Source of the DNA: Bacillota bacterium
GTDB taxonomy: Bacteria; Bacillota; Clostridia; Christensenellales; CAMQZB01
Assembly: GCA_044426085.1 (NCBI GenBank)
Contig: JAWXUU010000009.1
Coordinates: 19,450 to 83,449, forward strand
DNA: 64,000 nt
Direction of reading: 5' to 3'
Position 1 is the stretch's first letter. Every line of letters starts with the position of its first letter. Position numbers and translations under genes: made by a program. Under the pieces are notes generated by a model. That model made no database searches and was not told the DNA's origin. It saw nothing but the letters and a program-made list of their open reading frames with translations. Below are positions 38,465-49,760 of the stretch, in pieces.

Positions 38465-38935
38465 ATGAGACGAAAAGATAGAGAGATGACGAAAGAATTT
38501 GCACTTCAAGTTTGCGATAAATGCAATTTTGCGACTGTTGCAATGGTTGACACTAGCGGTTTGCCATACTGCGTTGCAATAAACGTTGTTTTGCAGGGTG
38601 AAGAAATTTATTTTCACACGGCAAAGGCGGGTTTCAAGATTGATTGCTTGAAAGAAAATCCCAACGTTTGCATTTCCTTAGTTGGAGATAATGAATTGAT
38701 ACCCGAAAGATTCACAACCGAATATGAATCTGCCGTTGTGCGCGGGATTGCAAAAGAAGTTTCCAATCGTGAAGAAAAGATTTCTGCACTGCGACTGCTC
38801 TGCCAAAAATTTGCTTCTTCAAACATGGCAGGATTTGACACTGCAATTTCAGAAAGCTTGAATCACACCGCTATTTGGAAGGTGGGAATTTCTGAAATAA
38901 GCGGTAAAAGCAATATGGCAAAACACAAAAAATAA
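38465..38935 (+). CDS. Pyridoxamine 5'-phosphate oxidase-like / NimA-family flavin-binding protein
   Basis: MRRKDRE...PYCV...IYFHTAKAGFK...NPNVC...YESAVVRG...SGK. Confidence 0.85.
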   Translation: MRRKDREMTKEFALQVCDKCNFATVAMVDTSGLPYCVAINVVLQGEEIYFHTAKAGFKIDCLKENPNVCISLVGDNELIPERFTTEYESAVVRGIAKEVSNREEKISALRLLCQKFASSNMAGFDTAISESLNHTAIWKVGISEISGKSNMAKHKK

Positions 38936-38979
38936 TTTTAATACATAATGTAAATGATATAAAAACGAGGTTAATAGAC

Positions 38980-39687
38980 ATGAGAAAGATAGTTCAAATT
39001 GACGAAGAAAGATGCGTTGGTTGCGGACTTTGCGCAAATGCGTGCCAGCAAGGCGCGATTGCGATGGTTGACGGCAAGGCAAAAGTTGTGCGCGATGATT
39101 ATTGCGACGGCATTGGCAACTGTTTGCCAGTTTGCCCAGTTGGGGCAATTACATTTTCCGATAGGGATATCACAAGCGACAATGTGCCACACATCACTGT
39201 TAAAGTGCCAACTGCAAGAACAGGTTGCCTTGGAAACGCAGTGAAAACAATGGGGGTTGCTGGCGGGGCTGATTTAAGCCAAGACAGCGTGCCTTCTCAA
39301 CTTACGCAGTGGCCGTTGCAAATTAAACTTGCACCAGTGAATGCTAAGTTTTTTGAAAATGCTCATTTGCTTATCGCATCAGACTGCTCTGCTTTTGCAT
39401 ACGGAAATTTTCATGCAGATTTCATGAAAGATAAAATCACCCTTATCGGATGCCCCAAGCTTGACAGCGTGGATTACACTGAAAAACTTACTCAAATTAT
39501 TGCAAGCAACAGCATCAGAAGCGTGACTGTTGCAAGAATGGAAGTGCCTTGCTGTGGCGGTCTTCAGTTCGCCGTGCAAAATGCCGTTGTTGCAAGCAGA
39601 AAATTCACACCATGCAAAATTGTTACAATAGGCATAAACGGAAACATTATAGAAACAAAAAACTTCGCCGACGACGACGAAGATTAA
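38980..39687 (+). CDS. 4Fe-4S ferredoxin-domain protein
   Basis: CVGCGLCANAC, CDGIGNCLPVCP, QWPLQIKL, IGCPKLD, MEVPCC. Confidence 0.88.
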   Translation: MRKIVQIDEERCVGCGLCANACQQGAIAMVDGKAKVVRDDYCDGIGNCLPVCPVGAITFSDRDITSDNVPHITVKVPTARTGCLGNAVKTMGVAGGADLSQDSVPSQLTQWPLQIKLAPVNAKFFENAHLLIASDCSAFAYGNFHADFMKDKITLIGCPKLDSVDYTEKLTQIIASNSIRSVTVARMEVPCCGGLQFAVQNAVVASRKFTPCKIVTIGINGNIIETKNFADDDED

Positions 39688-39720
39688 ACAGAAAATTTCA
39701 CAAACAACAAATACAAAAAA

Positions 39721-39758
39721 AGGGCTGCATCATAATTAAGTATTACTGATACAGCCCT
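39721..39758. repeat. Palindrome family copy 3 / possible terminator
   Basis: AGGGCTGCATCA-N14-TGATACAGCCCT. Confidence 0.6.
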
Positions 39759-39779
39759 CAAATTTTTAAATAATAGTAT

Positions 39780-39876
39780 GCAAGAGCCGAAGGCGAGTGC
39801 TATACCACAATTTTTAATTTTTAATTTTTAATTTTTAATTTTTATCGAGCTCGCAGAGCGAAGCCTGTTTTTAATT
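39780..39876. repeat. Heptamer-array/hairpin repeat, locus 6 (single arm plus accessory hairpin)
   Basis: GCAAGAGCC-GAA-GGCGAGTGC-TATACCAC-(AATTTTT)5-ATCGAGCTCGCAGAGCGAAGCCTG. Confidence 0.9.
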
Positions 39877-39895
39877 TGCAAAGCTCCGCTTTGCA

Positions 39896-41281
39896 TCATA
39901 TTTGACGAGCCATCAAAACGCCCATGACTGATGCCATCATAAGACCGCGCGTCCAACCGCTTGAATCGCCAAGGCAGTGTAGGTTTTCGATATTCGTGTT
40001 GAATTTATCATCCATTTTCACTTTATTGCTGTAAAATTTCAATTCTGGTGAATAAAGCAAAGTTTCGCTTGAAGCAAAGCCCGGCACAACTTTATCCACT
40101 GCGTGAATGAAGTTTATGATGTTTGTCATCGCTCGATATGGCATTGCGGAAGTGATGTCCCCCGCCACGGCATCGGGAAGTGTTGGCACGATATTCGACC
40201 TTGAAAGTTCTTCTTGCCAAGTGCGTTTGCCGTCGAGAATATCACCAAAACGCTGAACGAGAAGAGATCCAGAGCCTAGCATGTTTGTGAGCTCGCCCAC
40301 TTTTTTTGCGTATTCAATCGGTTGATTGAAAGGCTCGGTGAAGTTGTGTGAACAAAGGATTGCCAAGTTTGTGTTGTTTGATTTCAAATCTTTATATGAA
40401 TGACCATTCACAACTGCAAGGTCGTTATCATAGTTTTCTTGGCTTACAAAACCGCCAGGGTTTTGGCAGAAAGTTCTGACTTTATTTTTGAATGGTTTTG
40501 GATAGCCGATGAGTTTTGATTCGTACAAAACATCGTTCACCCTTTCCATAATTTCGTTTCTAACTTCCACGCGAACGCCGATATCAACTGTTCCTGGCGC
40601 GTGGGCGATGTTGTTTTCTTCGCAGACTTTTTCAAGCCAATCAGCACCACGTCTGCCCGTTGCGATGATAACTTTTTCAGCTTCCATTTGGAAAATTTCA
40701 CTCTTGTTTTGCAAAATCACACCCGTGCAAACACCGTCATTCAAAATGATATTGTTGCACTGCGTTGAAAACAGAATTTCCACGCCGTTTGCAAGAAGGT
40801 ATTCTTGAATTGCAAAATAAATCTCTTGCGCTTTTTCTGTTCCTAAATGGCGGATTGGGCAATCCACAAGTTTCAAGTTTGCGTTTATCGCTTTTCTGCG
40901 GATTTCCTTTAGTTCGTCTGTCACGTTCACACCTTCAACTTTTGTGTCCGCGCCGAATTCAAGGTATATTTTGTCGGTGTAATCAATCATGCTTTGGGCA
41001 AATTCTGTGCCAATCAAATCTGGCAAGTCGCCACCCACTTCGTAGCTTAGCGAAAGTTTGCCATCAGAAAATGCACCCGCGCCTGAAAAACCTGTTGTTA
41101 TGTGACAGTTTGGTTTGCAGTTGACGCATTTTTTAGTTTTGCTTTTTGGGCAAAAACGTTGTTTTATACTTACGCCTTTTTCCACAATCGTTATGCTTTT
41201 GCCACTTTTGTTTTTCACAAGTTCCAAAGCCGTGAAGATTCCCGCAGGACCCGCACCAATGATGATTACATCTTTTTTCAT
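39896..41281 (-). CDS. NAD(P)/FAD-dependent oxidoreductase of uncharacterised family, riboswitch-controlled
   Basis: IIGAGPAG, GAGAFSDGKL, DIGVRVE, RTFCQNPGG, GDSSGWTRG. Confidence 0.85.
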   Translation of the reverse strand: MKKDVIIIGAGPAGIFTALELVKNKSGKSITIVEKGVSIKQRFCPKSKTKKCVNCKPNCHITTGFSGAGAFSDGKLSLSYEVGGDLPDLIGTEFAQSMIDYTDKIYLEFGADTKVEGVNVTDELKEIRRKAINANLKLVDCPIRHLGTEKAQEIYFAIQEYLLANGVEILFSTQCNNIILNDGVCTGVILQNKSEIFQMEAEKVIIATGRRGADWLEKVCEENNIAHAPGTVDIGVRVEVRNEIMERVNDVLYESKLIGYPKPFKNKVRTFCQNPGGFVSQENYDNDLAVVNGHSYKDLKSNNTNLAILCSHNFTEPFNQPIEYAKKVGELTNMLGSGSLLVQRFGDILDGKRTWQEELSRSNIVPTLPDAVAGDITSAMPYRAMTNIINFIHAVDKVVPGFASSETLLYSPELKFYSNKVKMDDKFNTNIENLHCLGDSSGWTRGLMMASVMGVLMARQI

Positions 41282-41342
41282 TTTTAAAATACCTCCTAAA
41301 AATAGAAAATGCTCACGTTGCTATAGCACTCCCTTATCGAGA

Positions 41343-41409
41343 TACACCATAGTTAACTGTAAGCAGTTTGTAGAAACGCAACGCCTATTATGCGTGCATA
41401 TATGAAGTA
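41343..41409 (-). ncRNA. Purine (guanine-type, C74) riboswitch aptamer
   Basis: TACTTCATA-TA-TGCACGC-ATAATAG-GCGTTGC-GTTTCTAC-AAACTG-CTTA-CAGTT-AAC-TATGGTGTA: P1/P2/P3 with the canonical J2/3 and a C at the specificity position. Confidence 0.8.
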
Positions 41410-41421
41410 ATTCCGTTACGT

Positions 41422-41450
41422 ATTATATACGCAAAATAAGGGTTTGTCAA
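41422..41450 (-). promoter_or_regulatory. Consensus sigma-A promoter upstream of the riboswitch
   Basis: TTGACA-17 bp-TATAAT. Confidence 0.8.
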
Positions 41451-41585
41451 GGTTTTTTTGAGAATTTTTGTTTTTATACCACAATATATTTTGCGTTTGT
41501 TATTTATTTTTTATTTATCGGTATTTCGTTTGATTTTGTGGCGGTTTTTAGATATAATTTATACAATACATTAAGGAGAGTGAAA

Positions 41586-42161
41586 ATGGAACTTAAACAA
41601 GCGATAAAAGATAGAAGAAGCGTGAGAAGATATACCGATCAAGAAATTTCGCAAGCTGACCTTTTGGAAATTGTGGAATACGGCAGTTGGGCACCATCTG
41701 GCACAAACAGACAAAACTGGCACTTTGTTATTTGCAAAAGTGAAGAATCTATTGCAAAACTGCAAAGCGTTATGGAAATTGGGCATGAGAATTTTGAAAA
41801 ATACCTTCAAGCAACTTTCCCAAACCACCCAAAAGTTGTGGGTGCGACTATGAACTTCATCAAAACGCTTGGGGGTGCGAAAGCTTGCGTTTTGGCTTTT
41901 TTGAAAACTGACGACAGCGACAAAACCGACGAGATTGCATCAGTGCAAAGCGTTGCGGCCGCCCTTCAAAACATGGCACTTGTCGCACACGAAAAAGGGA
42001 TTGGCAGTTGCTGGATTGCCGCGCCACTTTTTGCCGGCGACGCGATAAGAAATGAGTTCGCCCAAGACAAAGGCATGCTTGTTTCCGCCATGACTTTTGG
42101 ATACTTTGATAAATCGCCAACACCACCCGCAAGAAAAGATGGTCGCGTTGAAATTATATAG
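41586..42161 (+). CDS. Nitroreductase-family protein
   Basis: IKDRRSVRRY, APSGTNRQNW, LQNMAL...GIGSCW; RBS AAGGAG. Confidence 0.9.
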   Translation: MELKQAIKDRRSVRRYTDQEISQADLLEIVEYGSWAPSGTNRQNWHFVICKSEESIAKLQSVMEIGHENFEKYLQATFPNHPKVVGATMNFIKTLGGAKACVLAFLKTDDSDKTDEIASVQSVAAALQNMALVAHEKGIGSCWIAAPLFAGDAIRNEFAQDKGMLVSAMTFGYFDKSPTPPARKDGRVEII

Positions 42162-42265
42162 TTGAAATTATATAAAAGTGATTTTTAGTTCTTTATAAAA
42201 CGCAACAACCGTGAAGTTTTTTTCACGGTTGTTGCGTTTTTTTATTTGAAAAGCACCGCTTTTTA

Positions 42266-43714
42266 TCACGATATTATTTCAAACATGAAGATATCCGCTT
42301 TCCCGAAAGAATATGGGATATCGCCACCGCTTGAAAGGGTTGAAGAGAAGACGTCAAGATTGCCATAGCGATTTATTATTGAAAATACATACGCATCTTC
42401 ACCCGTTCCGCCATAGGTTTCACTTCGCAAGACTTCGCCGTTTGTTGTGGCACTGACCATTGCAATATCCGTTTGACTTTCTGTTATCACTTCGCCGATA
42501 ACAGCCATGCCGGAATCTGATATGTGGAAATTTTTTGGTAGCATATCCGACAAGAATGACGTATCCACATATATCAAGTCGCCATGGGTGCAGATGTATT
42601 CCGAAAAGGTTTCATAAACGCCGTTTTGTTTTTTTGTGGCGAATATATAATACCCAGTGGAATTTGAATTTTGATAGTATTCAATAACGCTTACGCTTAG
42701 AAAATCACTGCCCGAAACAACGTGGGTGAATTCTATTGCATATGTGGATGATACCGCCATCACGCCATATTTGTTGGCGGAATTGTCAAGATATGTATAT
42801 TCAATCAGAAATCCACCCGATGATTTTGGCGTCATTGTGACAGCTGTTTGGTCGCCAGAGAAGCGAGTTAGCACTTTTTCTTGCGTTTGCGTGTCCACTT
42901 CCAAAATCCCGATTGAAGTTTGGGTGTCTTCGAAAAGATTGATTAGAAGTATTTCGGTGTTGCCCATGGAATAACCCGTCACAATTTTAAATTGCGTTGT
43001 AAGTGTGATTTCTATCCTTTGAATTTCTTGGAGGTCGTAGGAAATTTTCAGGATTTCTGAAAACATAGTTTGTCCATCTTCCACATTCACATGCAATATT
43101 AAATTGTCGGATGAATATATCGTTGAAACAACAGTGACTTCGCCATCGAATTTTATTGTGGTTTGATATTCGCTTGCAAGGTCGCTTGAAATCTTTGTGA
43201 TATTAATTTGGTCTGTTTCCCCTTCCGTTTGCGACACGATTGCTATACCCGCTTTGCTACTTTCTGAAAGTTTGGAATATGGCTTTGCATCAATAACCAC
43301 ATCGTCGCCGTCGCTTTGAAGAGTGTAGGTGCCAAGAAGCTCTCCGCTCATGCCTATTTTTGCAAGAAATATATCGCTGTCGCCACCCGAAGAAAAATCG
43401 TCCGATGTGGATGATGTTGTGCCAAAAAGATAATATGTATCAAGGGTTATCACTCCGCTGAGAACATCACTGCCGTTTCCGCCGAGAATTTGCGTGTATT
43501 CTATGTTGGGATTAAGCGAGTCTTGCGCCGTTCTTGGAATCTCTGAAGAAAAATCCACGCTTGGGCTTGCCGTTATCAAAACCGTCGGGGCGGGGGTGGC
43601 GGAGTCAAGACTTTCTTCTTCTTTCACCGGCGAAGTCAGCAGATAAATTATCAATACCACACTTGAAAAAACAACCACAAGCCACACTATAAAAAACATA
43701 TTCTTTCTTTCCAT
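42266..43714 (-). CDS. Membrane-anchored extracellular protein, acidic and beta-rich (possible beta-propeller)
   Basis: N-terminal TM, Pro/Thr linker, LGGNGSD / YGGTGED / DIFLAK repeats. Confidence 0.6.
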   Translation of the reverse strand: MERKNMFFIVWLVVVFSSVVLIIYLLTSPVKEEESLDSATPAPTVLITASPSVDFSSEIPRTAQDSLNPNIEYTQILGGNGSDVLSGVITLDTYYLFGTTSSTSDDFSSGGDSDIFLAKIGMSGELLGTYTLQSDGDDVVIDAKPYSKLSESSKAGIAIVSQTEGETDQINITKISSDLASEYQTTIKFDGEVTVVSTIYSSDNLILHVNVEDGQTMFSEILKISYDLQEIQRIEITLTTQFKIVTGYSMGNTEILLINLFEDTQTSIGILEVDTQTQEKVLTRFSGDQTAVTMTPKSSGGFLIEYTYLDNSANKYGVMAVSSTYAIEFTHVVSGSDFLSVSVIEYYQNSNSTGYYIFATKKQNGVYETFSEYICTHGDLIYVDTSFLSDMLPKNFHISDSGMAVIGEVITESQTDIAMVSATTNGEVLRSETYGGTGEDAYVFSIINRYGNLDVFSSTLSSGGDIPYSFGKADIFMFEIIS

Positions 43715-43965
43715 ACAATCATCCTTTATTTTTATTGCTGTTTATTACGATATTATTTTAGACTTACACAGCGTTTGAAATATTATCTTTTTTGTAGGTT
43801 TATGTATAATTTTGCATAAAAGCGTGCTATATATGTGATTTTATACATTATTTGCAATAAAATACTGCGTTTATAAATATTTTTGTATTTTTTGCGGAAT
43901 TCTTCTTGCGATTAAGGCGAAAAGGTATTATACTATTAACAGTATTAAATTTTTGGAGGTTTTTT

Positions 43966-45171
43966 ATGGACAAAATTAAAATGACTACGCCCATTGTTGA
44001 AATGGACGGGGATGAAATGACGCGTATTATTTGGCAATTTATTAAAGATATTCTCATCTTGCCATACGTGGATTTGAAAAGCGAATATTATGACCTTGGC
44101 CTTAAGGAAAGAGATGACACAAATGATGAAGTTACTACCCTTTCTGCCCTCGCAACAAAAAAATATGGCGTTGCTGTTAAGTGCGCAACTATCACACCTA
44201 ATGCACAAAGGGTTGAAGAATACTCTTTGAAAGAAATGTGGAAATCACCAAACGGAACAATAAGAGCAATTCTTGACGGAACTGTTTTCAGAGCTCCTAT
44301 CATCGTGAACGGCGTGACTCCACTTGTTCCTAGCTGGAAAAAACCTATCGTTATTGCTCGTCATGCATACGGCGATGTTTATAGAAACGTGGAAGCTAAA
44401 ACTTCCGCAGGCACAAAAGCTTACCTTTCTGTTGAAAATGAAAATGGTGAAGTTTGCTCTAAACAAGAAATCTTCGGTTTTAAAGGGGACGGTATTGTTA
44501 TGGGTATGCACAACACGGCTGATTCTATTGCTTCTTTTGCAAAAAGCTGTTTTGAATATGCTCTTTCAGAAAAATTGCCACTTTGGTTTGCGACAAAAGA
44601 TACTATTTCAAAAACTTACGACCACACTTTCAAGGATATCTTCCAAGAAATCTTCGATGCACAATATGCTGAAAAATTCGAAAGTGCGGGAATTTATTAT
44701 ATGTACACTTTGATTGACGATGCTGTTGCAAGAATCATGAGATGTGAAGGGGACGTTATTTGGGCGTGCAAGAATTATGACGGAGACGTTATGAGCGACA
44801 TGGTTGCAACGGCTTTCGGTTCGCTTGCAATGATGACTAGCGTTTTGGTTTCGCCAGACGGCAATTATGAATACGAAGCAGCTCACGGAACTGTCACTCG
44901 CCATTATTATCGCCACCTTGAAGGTGAAGCCACTTCAACAAACAGTATGGCGACAATCTTCGCTTGGACTGGTGCACTTAAAAAACGTGGAGAACTTGAC
45001 GGTCTTGCTGACCTTGTTGCTTTTGCTGAAAAACTTGAAAAAGCTTCTATCGATACAATCGAAGAAGGGTTCATGACAAAAGATTTGGTTTCTCTTTTCA
45101 GCGTGGATGGTATCACTCCTGTTGGTCTTTCAACAAAGGGATTCATTGAAAAAATCGCAGAAAAACTTTGA
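43966..45171 (+). CDS. icd: NADP-dependent isocitrate dehydrogenase
   Basis: [45 protein letters not shown]; RBS GGAGG. Confidence 0.96.
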   Translation: MDKIKMTTPIVEMDGDEMTRIIWQFIKDILILPYVDLKSEYYDLGLKERDDTNDEVTTLSALATKKYGVAVKCATITPNAQRVEEYSLKEMWKSPNGTIRAILDGTVFRAPIIVNGVTPLVPSWKKPIVIARHAYGDVYRNVEAKTSAGTKAYLSVENENGEVCSKQEIFGFKGDGIVMGMHNTADSIASFAKSCFEYALSEKLPLWFATKDTISKTYDHTFKDIFQEIFDAQYAEKFESAGIYYMYTLIDDAVARIMRCEGDVIWACKNYDGDVMSDMVATAFGSLAMMTSVLVSPDGNYEYEAAHGTVTRHYYRHLEGEATSTNSMATIFAWTGALKKRGELDGLADLVAFAEKLEKASIDTIEEGFMTKDLVSLFSVDGITPVGLSTKGFIEKIAEKL

Positions 45172-45240
45172 TTTTAAAATTTTTAGCACGCAGGTTTTGC
45201 CCGCGTGCTTTTTTTTGAAAATAATTTGAACTTACCCAAA

Positions 45241-45278
45241 AGAAAAAGCACACAGCGATTATCTGTGTGCTTTTTTCT
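45241..45278. terminator. Bidirectional terminator
   Basis: AGAAAAAGCACACAG-CGATTAT-CTGTGTGCTTTTTTCT. Confidence 0.75.
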
Positions 45279-45393
45279 TATAAATGAGAAGGAAAAAATA
45301 TTATTATATATATTAAACGCTTAGCTTTGCGTGTTGCTTTTTATTGTTTGGGGAGAACAATAACAGGCAATTTTGAGGCGTTACTATCTTTTT

Positions 45394-45534
45394 TTATACG
45401 TAATTAATTTGTTTTTTACCGCGTGAGTTTTCAAGCTTTTTTTGCATGTGTTTTTCTGATAGGCAGAATGGGATTGATGCGATGATTGCAAGTGCTACTG
45501 TTATACTAACCAAAATAAGTGTGATGTTTTTCAT
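45394..45534 (-). CDS. 46-aa single-TM peptide with a basic tail (below the ORF-track cutoff)
   Basis: MKNITLILVSITVALAIIASIPFCLSEKHMQKKLENSRGKKQINYV; RBS CGGAG. Confidence 0.55.
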   Translation of the reverse strand: MKNITLILVSITVALAIIASIPFCLSEKHMQKKLENSRGKKQINYV

Positions 45535-45887
45535 TTTTATATATCTCCGATATTTGTTTTTTATTTTAATGTTTTAGTTGCTTTCATATAAACAACATTT
45601 CTAGTTTGATAAAAGATAGTGCAAATATCAAGTTTTTAATACTTTTTTGCAAATTTCTTATATATTTTATATCATTCTATTCTTAACAGTACCTTAAAAT
45701 TTACAAAAATGTAAAAAAAATATGAAAAATTTTCAAAAAAACATTAAAAATCATACATTTATATATAAAAAAAAGACCTTCAAACTTTGCTTGAAGGTCT
45801 TTGATATAATTTCTTATATAATTTTTTATACTATTTTTATATAGTTTCTTATAGTTTCTTATAGTTTTATATTGATTTTTTCGAAAC

Positions 45888-47543
<1,656 letters not shown>

Positions 47544-47634
47544 TCAAGTTTATTACATCGCTTTTGCGTTTCGTTTTTATAGTTAGTATTATTTTTATTA
47601 ATTTATTTCGTTCCTGTATTTATTTTTTTTGGAC

Positions 47635-48207
47635 TTATTTTAATTGATATTTTTCGATTATCTCTATTGATATTTGCAGTTTTGTTTTTCGTTTATCCAT
47701 CGCGAGTTTTTCAATTCGCTTGTGGGCTTCTTCTTCGCTTATGTTATCCATTTCTATCAGATAACATTTCGCAAGATCCACTTTTTTTATTTCTTTCAGC
47801 TTGCTTTGCAAATCCCGCGTTTTGGAAATTATTATTTTCATCTTGTGGGAGAATGCAAGTGCGAGTTTATACGCCTGCATCATACCCGCCCTGCTGATTG
47901 GTATTGATTGGGTGATTATTCCAAAAGCCAACAATTCAGATTCCCCTTCCGCAAGCAGTTCTTCCTTTGCAAAGAACATCACTTGCAATTCTGGCAAGAG
48001 TGCAAGTTCCTTTGCAAGGGCTGACCCCACTTCGTCGGACAGAGGCGAGACAATTATCGCAAGATCAAAATTTCGCTCGGAAATCTCCCTTCTGGCGCGT
48101 GCCGAGCTTGAAACAAGCGTTATGTCTCTTATCTTATGTGCAATCAGAAATTTTTCAAAATATTCCGACGCCTTTTGGTTTTTTGATATTATTATCGCCC
48201 TTTCCAT
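47635..48207 (-). CDS. ANTAR-domain antiterminator with pseudo-receiver domain (NitR-like)
   Basis: C-terminal VDLAKCYLI...SEEEAHKRIEKLAMDKR; coupled to the glnA stop. Confidence 0.88.
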   Translation of the reverse strand: MERAIIISKNQKASEYFEKFLIAHKIRDITLVSSSARARREISERNFDLAIIVSPLSDEVGSALAKELALLPELQVMFFAKEELLAEGESELLAFGIITQSIPISRAGMMQAYKLALAFSHKMKIIISKTRDLQSKLKEIKKVDLAKCYLIEMDNISEEEAHKRIEKLAMDKRKTKLQISIEIIEKYQLK

Positions 48208-49517
48208 TATAGTTTCTTAAAATACCTCTTATACATATGATCATTTACGTCTGCTGTTTGTGCGTATTTTCTTATAGCCATTTGTTTTTCGGATACGAAT
48301 TTCGCAAGCACTTCTTCTGGCAAGACTTTGCTGACAAAATCACTTGCCTCGGCTTTTGCAATTGCTTCGTTCAAAGTTTTTGGCAAAAGTTCTAGCACAT
48401 CTGTGATTTCTGAGCCTGCTTCAAACAAATTCACATCAACTGAAGGCGCCAATAGCGTTTTATTTTCTATTCCTTCAAGTCCTGCTTCCAATATTAACAT
48501 GAATGCCAAATATGGATTTAGGCATGAATCTGGGCTTCTTAGTTCCATTCTGCTTAGTTTGCCTTTTGTTGCAGGGATTCTGATCAGCTGTGAACGGTTT
48601 TGGTGTGACCAGCTGATATATTTTGGTGCTTGGTCTGTGCCTAGGCGAGAATAAGAGTTGATATTGCTGTTCAAAAACAATGTGATTTCTGATATTCTTG
48701 CCATCACGCCTGCAATAAAGCTTTCAACAATGGCTTTATCTTCCGCTTTTTCGCTTTGGAAAATATTTTCTTCGCCACGGCGGAGTGATATATTGACATG
48801 AAGTCCGTTGCCACTTTTATTTTTGATTGGCTTTGGCATGAAAGATGCGAACATTCCGTTTCTGTTTGCTATGCTTTTCACAACTGATTTGAAAGTCATG
48901 AAGTTATCCGCAGCTTTTTCCGCATCGGAATATCTGAAGTCGACTTCGTTTTGACCGTAGCCACATTCGTGGTGTGAATTTTCTGGGTGCATGCCCATTT
49001 CTTCAAGAGTTAGGCAGATATCTCTTCTGATGTTTTCACCTTTATCAAGTGGCGCAACATCAAAGCAAGTGCCTTCGTCGATTGGCGTGTAGGTTGGAGA
49101 ACCGCTCTCGTCCATTTTGAAAAGATAAAACTCGCATTCTGTTCCTATTTGCGGAACTAAGCCAAGCTTTGTAAATTTTGCAACTGTTTCGCTGAGTTTT
49201 GTTCTCATATCAAAAACACTTTGTTTGCCATCCACGCTTTCGATATTAGAATAGAAGCGCAACACCCTGCCCATCGATGGACGCCATGGCAAAATATCCC
49301 CTGTTTTTAAATCGGGTATCAAGAATAAATCGCTTCTTTCGATATCGGCAAACCCTTTCACGCTTGATGCGTCAAAGTTTATGCCGTCGTCGATTGCACG
49401 TTCTGCTTCTTCGGCGATGATTGAAATGTTTTTCTGTTCGCCAAATAAATCAGAAAAGGCAAGTTTTATAAACTTGACGTCGTTTTCTTCAATGAATTCC
49501 AAAATATCTCTTTTCAT
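48207..49517 (-). CDS. glnA: Glutamine synthetase type I
   Basis: FDASS, GTECEFYLF, HHECGYGQNE, FMPKP...GNGLH, NRSQLIRIP, ELRSPD. Confidence 0.92.
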   Translation of the reverse strand: MKRDILEFIEENDVKFIKLAFSDLFGEQKNISIIAEEAERAIDDGINFDASSVKGFADIERSDLFLIPDLKTGDILPWRPSMGRVLRFYSNIESVDGKQSVFDMRTKLSETVAKFTKLGLVPQIGTECEFYLFKMDESGSPTYTPIDEGTCFDVAPLDKGENIRRDICLTLEEMGMHPENSHHECGYGQNEVDFRYSDAEKAADNFMTFKSVVKSIANRNGMFASFMPKPIKNKSGNGLHVNISLRRGEENIFQSEKAEDKAIVESFIAGVMARISEITLFLNSNINSYSRLGTDQAPKYISWSHQNRSQLIRIPATKGKLSRMELRSPDSCLNPYLAFMLILEAGLEGIENKTLLAPSVDVNLFEAGSEITDVLELLPKTLNEAIAKAEASDFVSKVLPEEVLAKFVSEKQMAIRKYAQTADVNDHMYKRYFKKL

Positions 49518-49760
49518 GTGGATTCTCCCAAATATTTATATGTGACATCAAATGCCACGTTTTTCTAATCATTATTATCCTATTTTATATAATATCACAC
49601 TTACCTTATGTATGCAAGAAAAATGGGTATATTTTGTTATCTTTTTTGCTATTATAAAAAATAAAACAAGAAAGACCAAGCACATGCTCGGTCTTTCTTG
49701 TTAATACTATAGGTAAACGAAATAAATCGATACTAGCTGTTTTTTGTTTGATGAAATTGA

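Noticed and set aside
49541-49558. GlnR/TnrA box or ANTAR hairpin upstream of glnA (TGTGACATCAAATGCCAC)
   Set aside because: It has one mismatch to TGTNA-N7-TNACA, a non-hexamer loop and no overlapping terminator, so it is too ambiguous to call.
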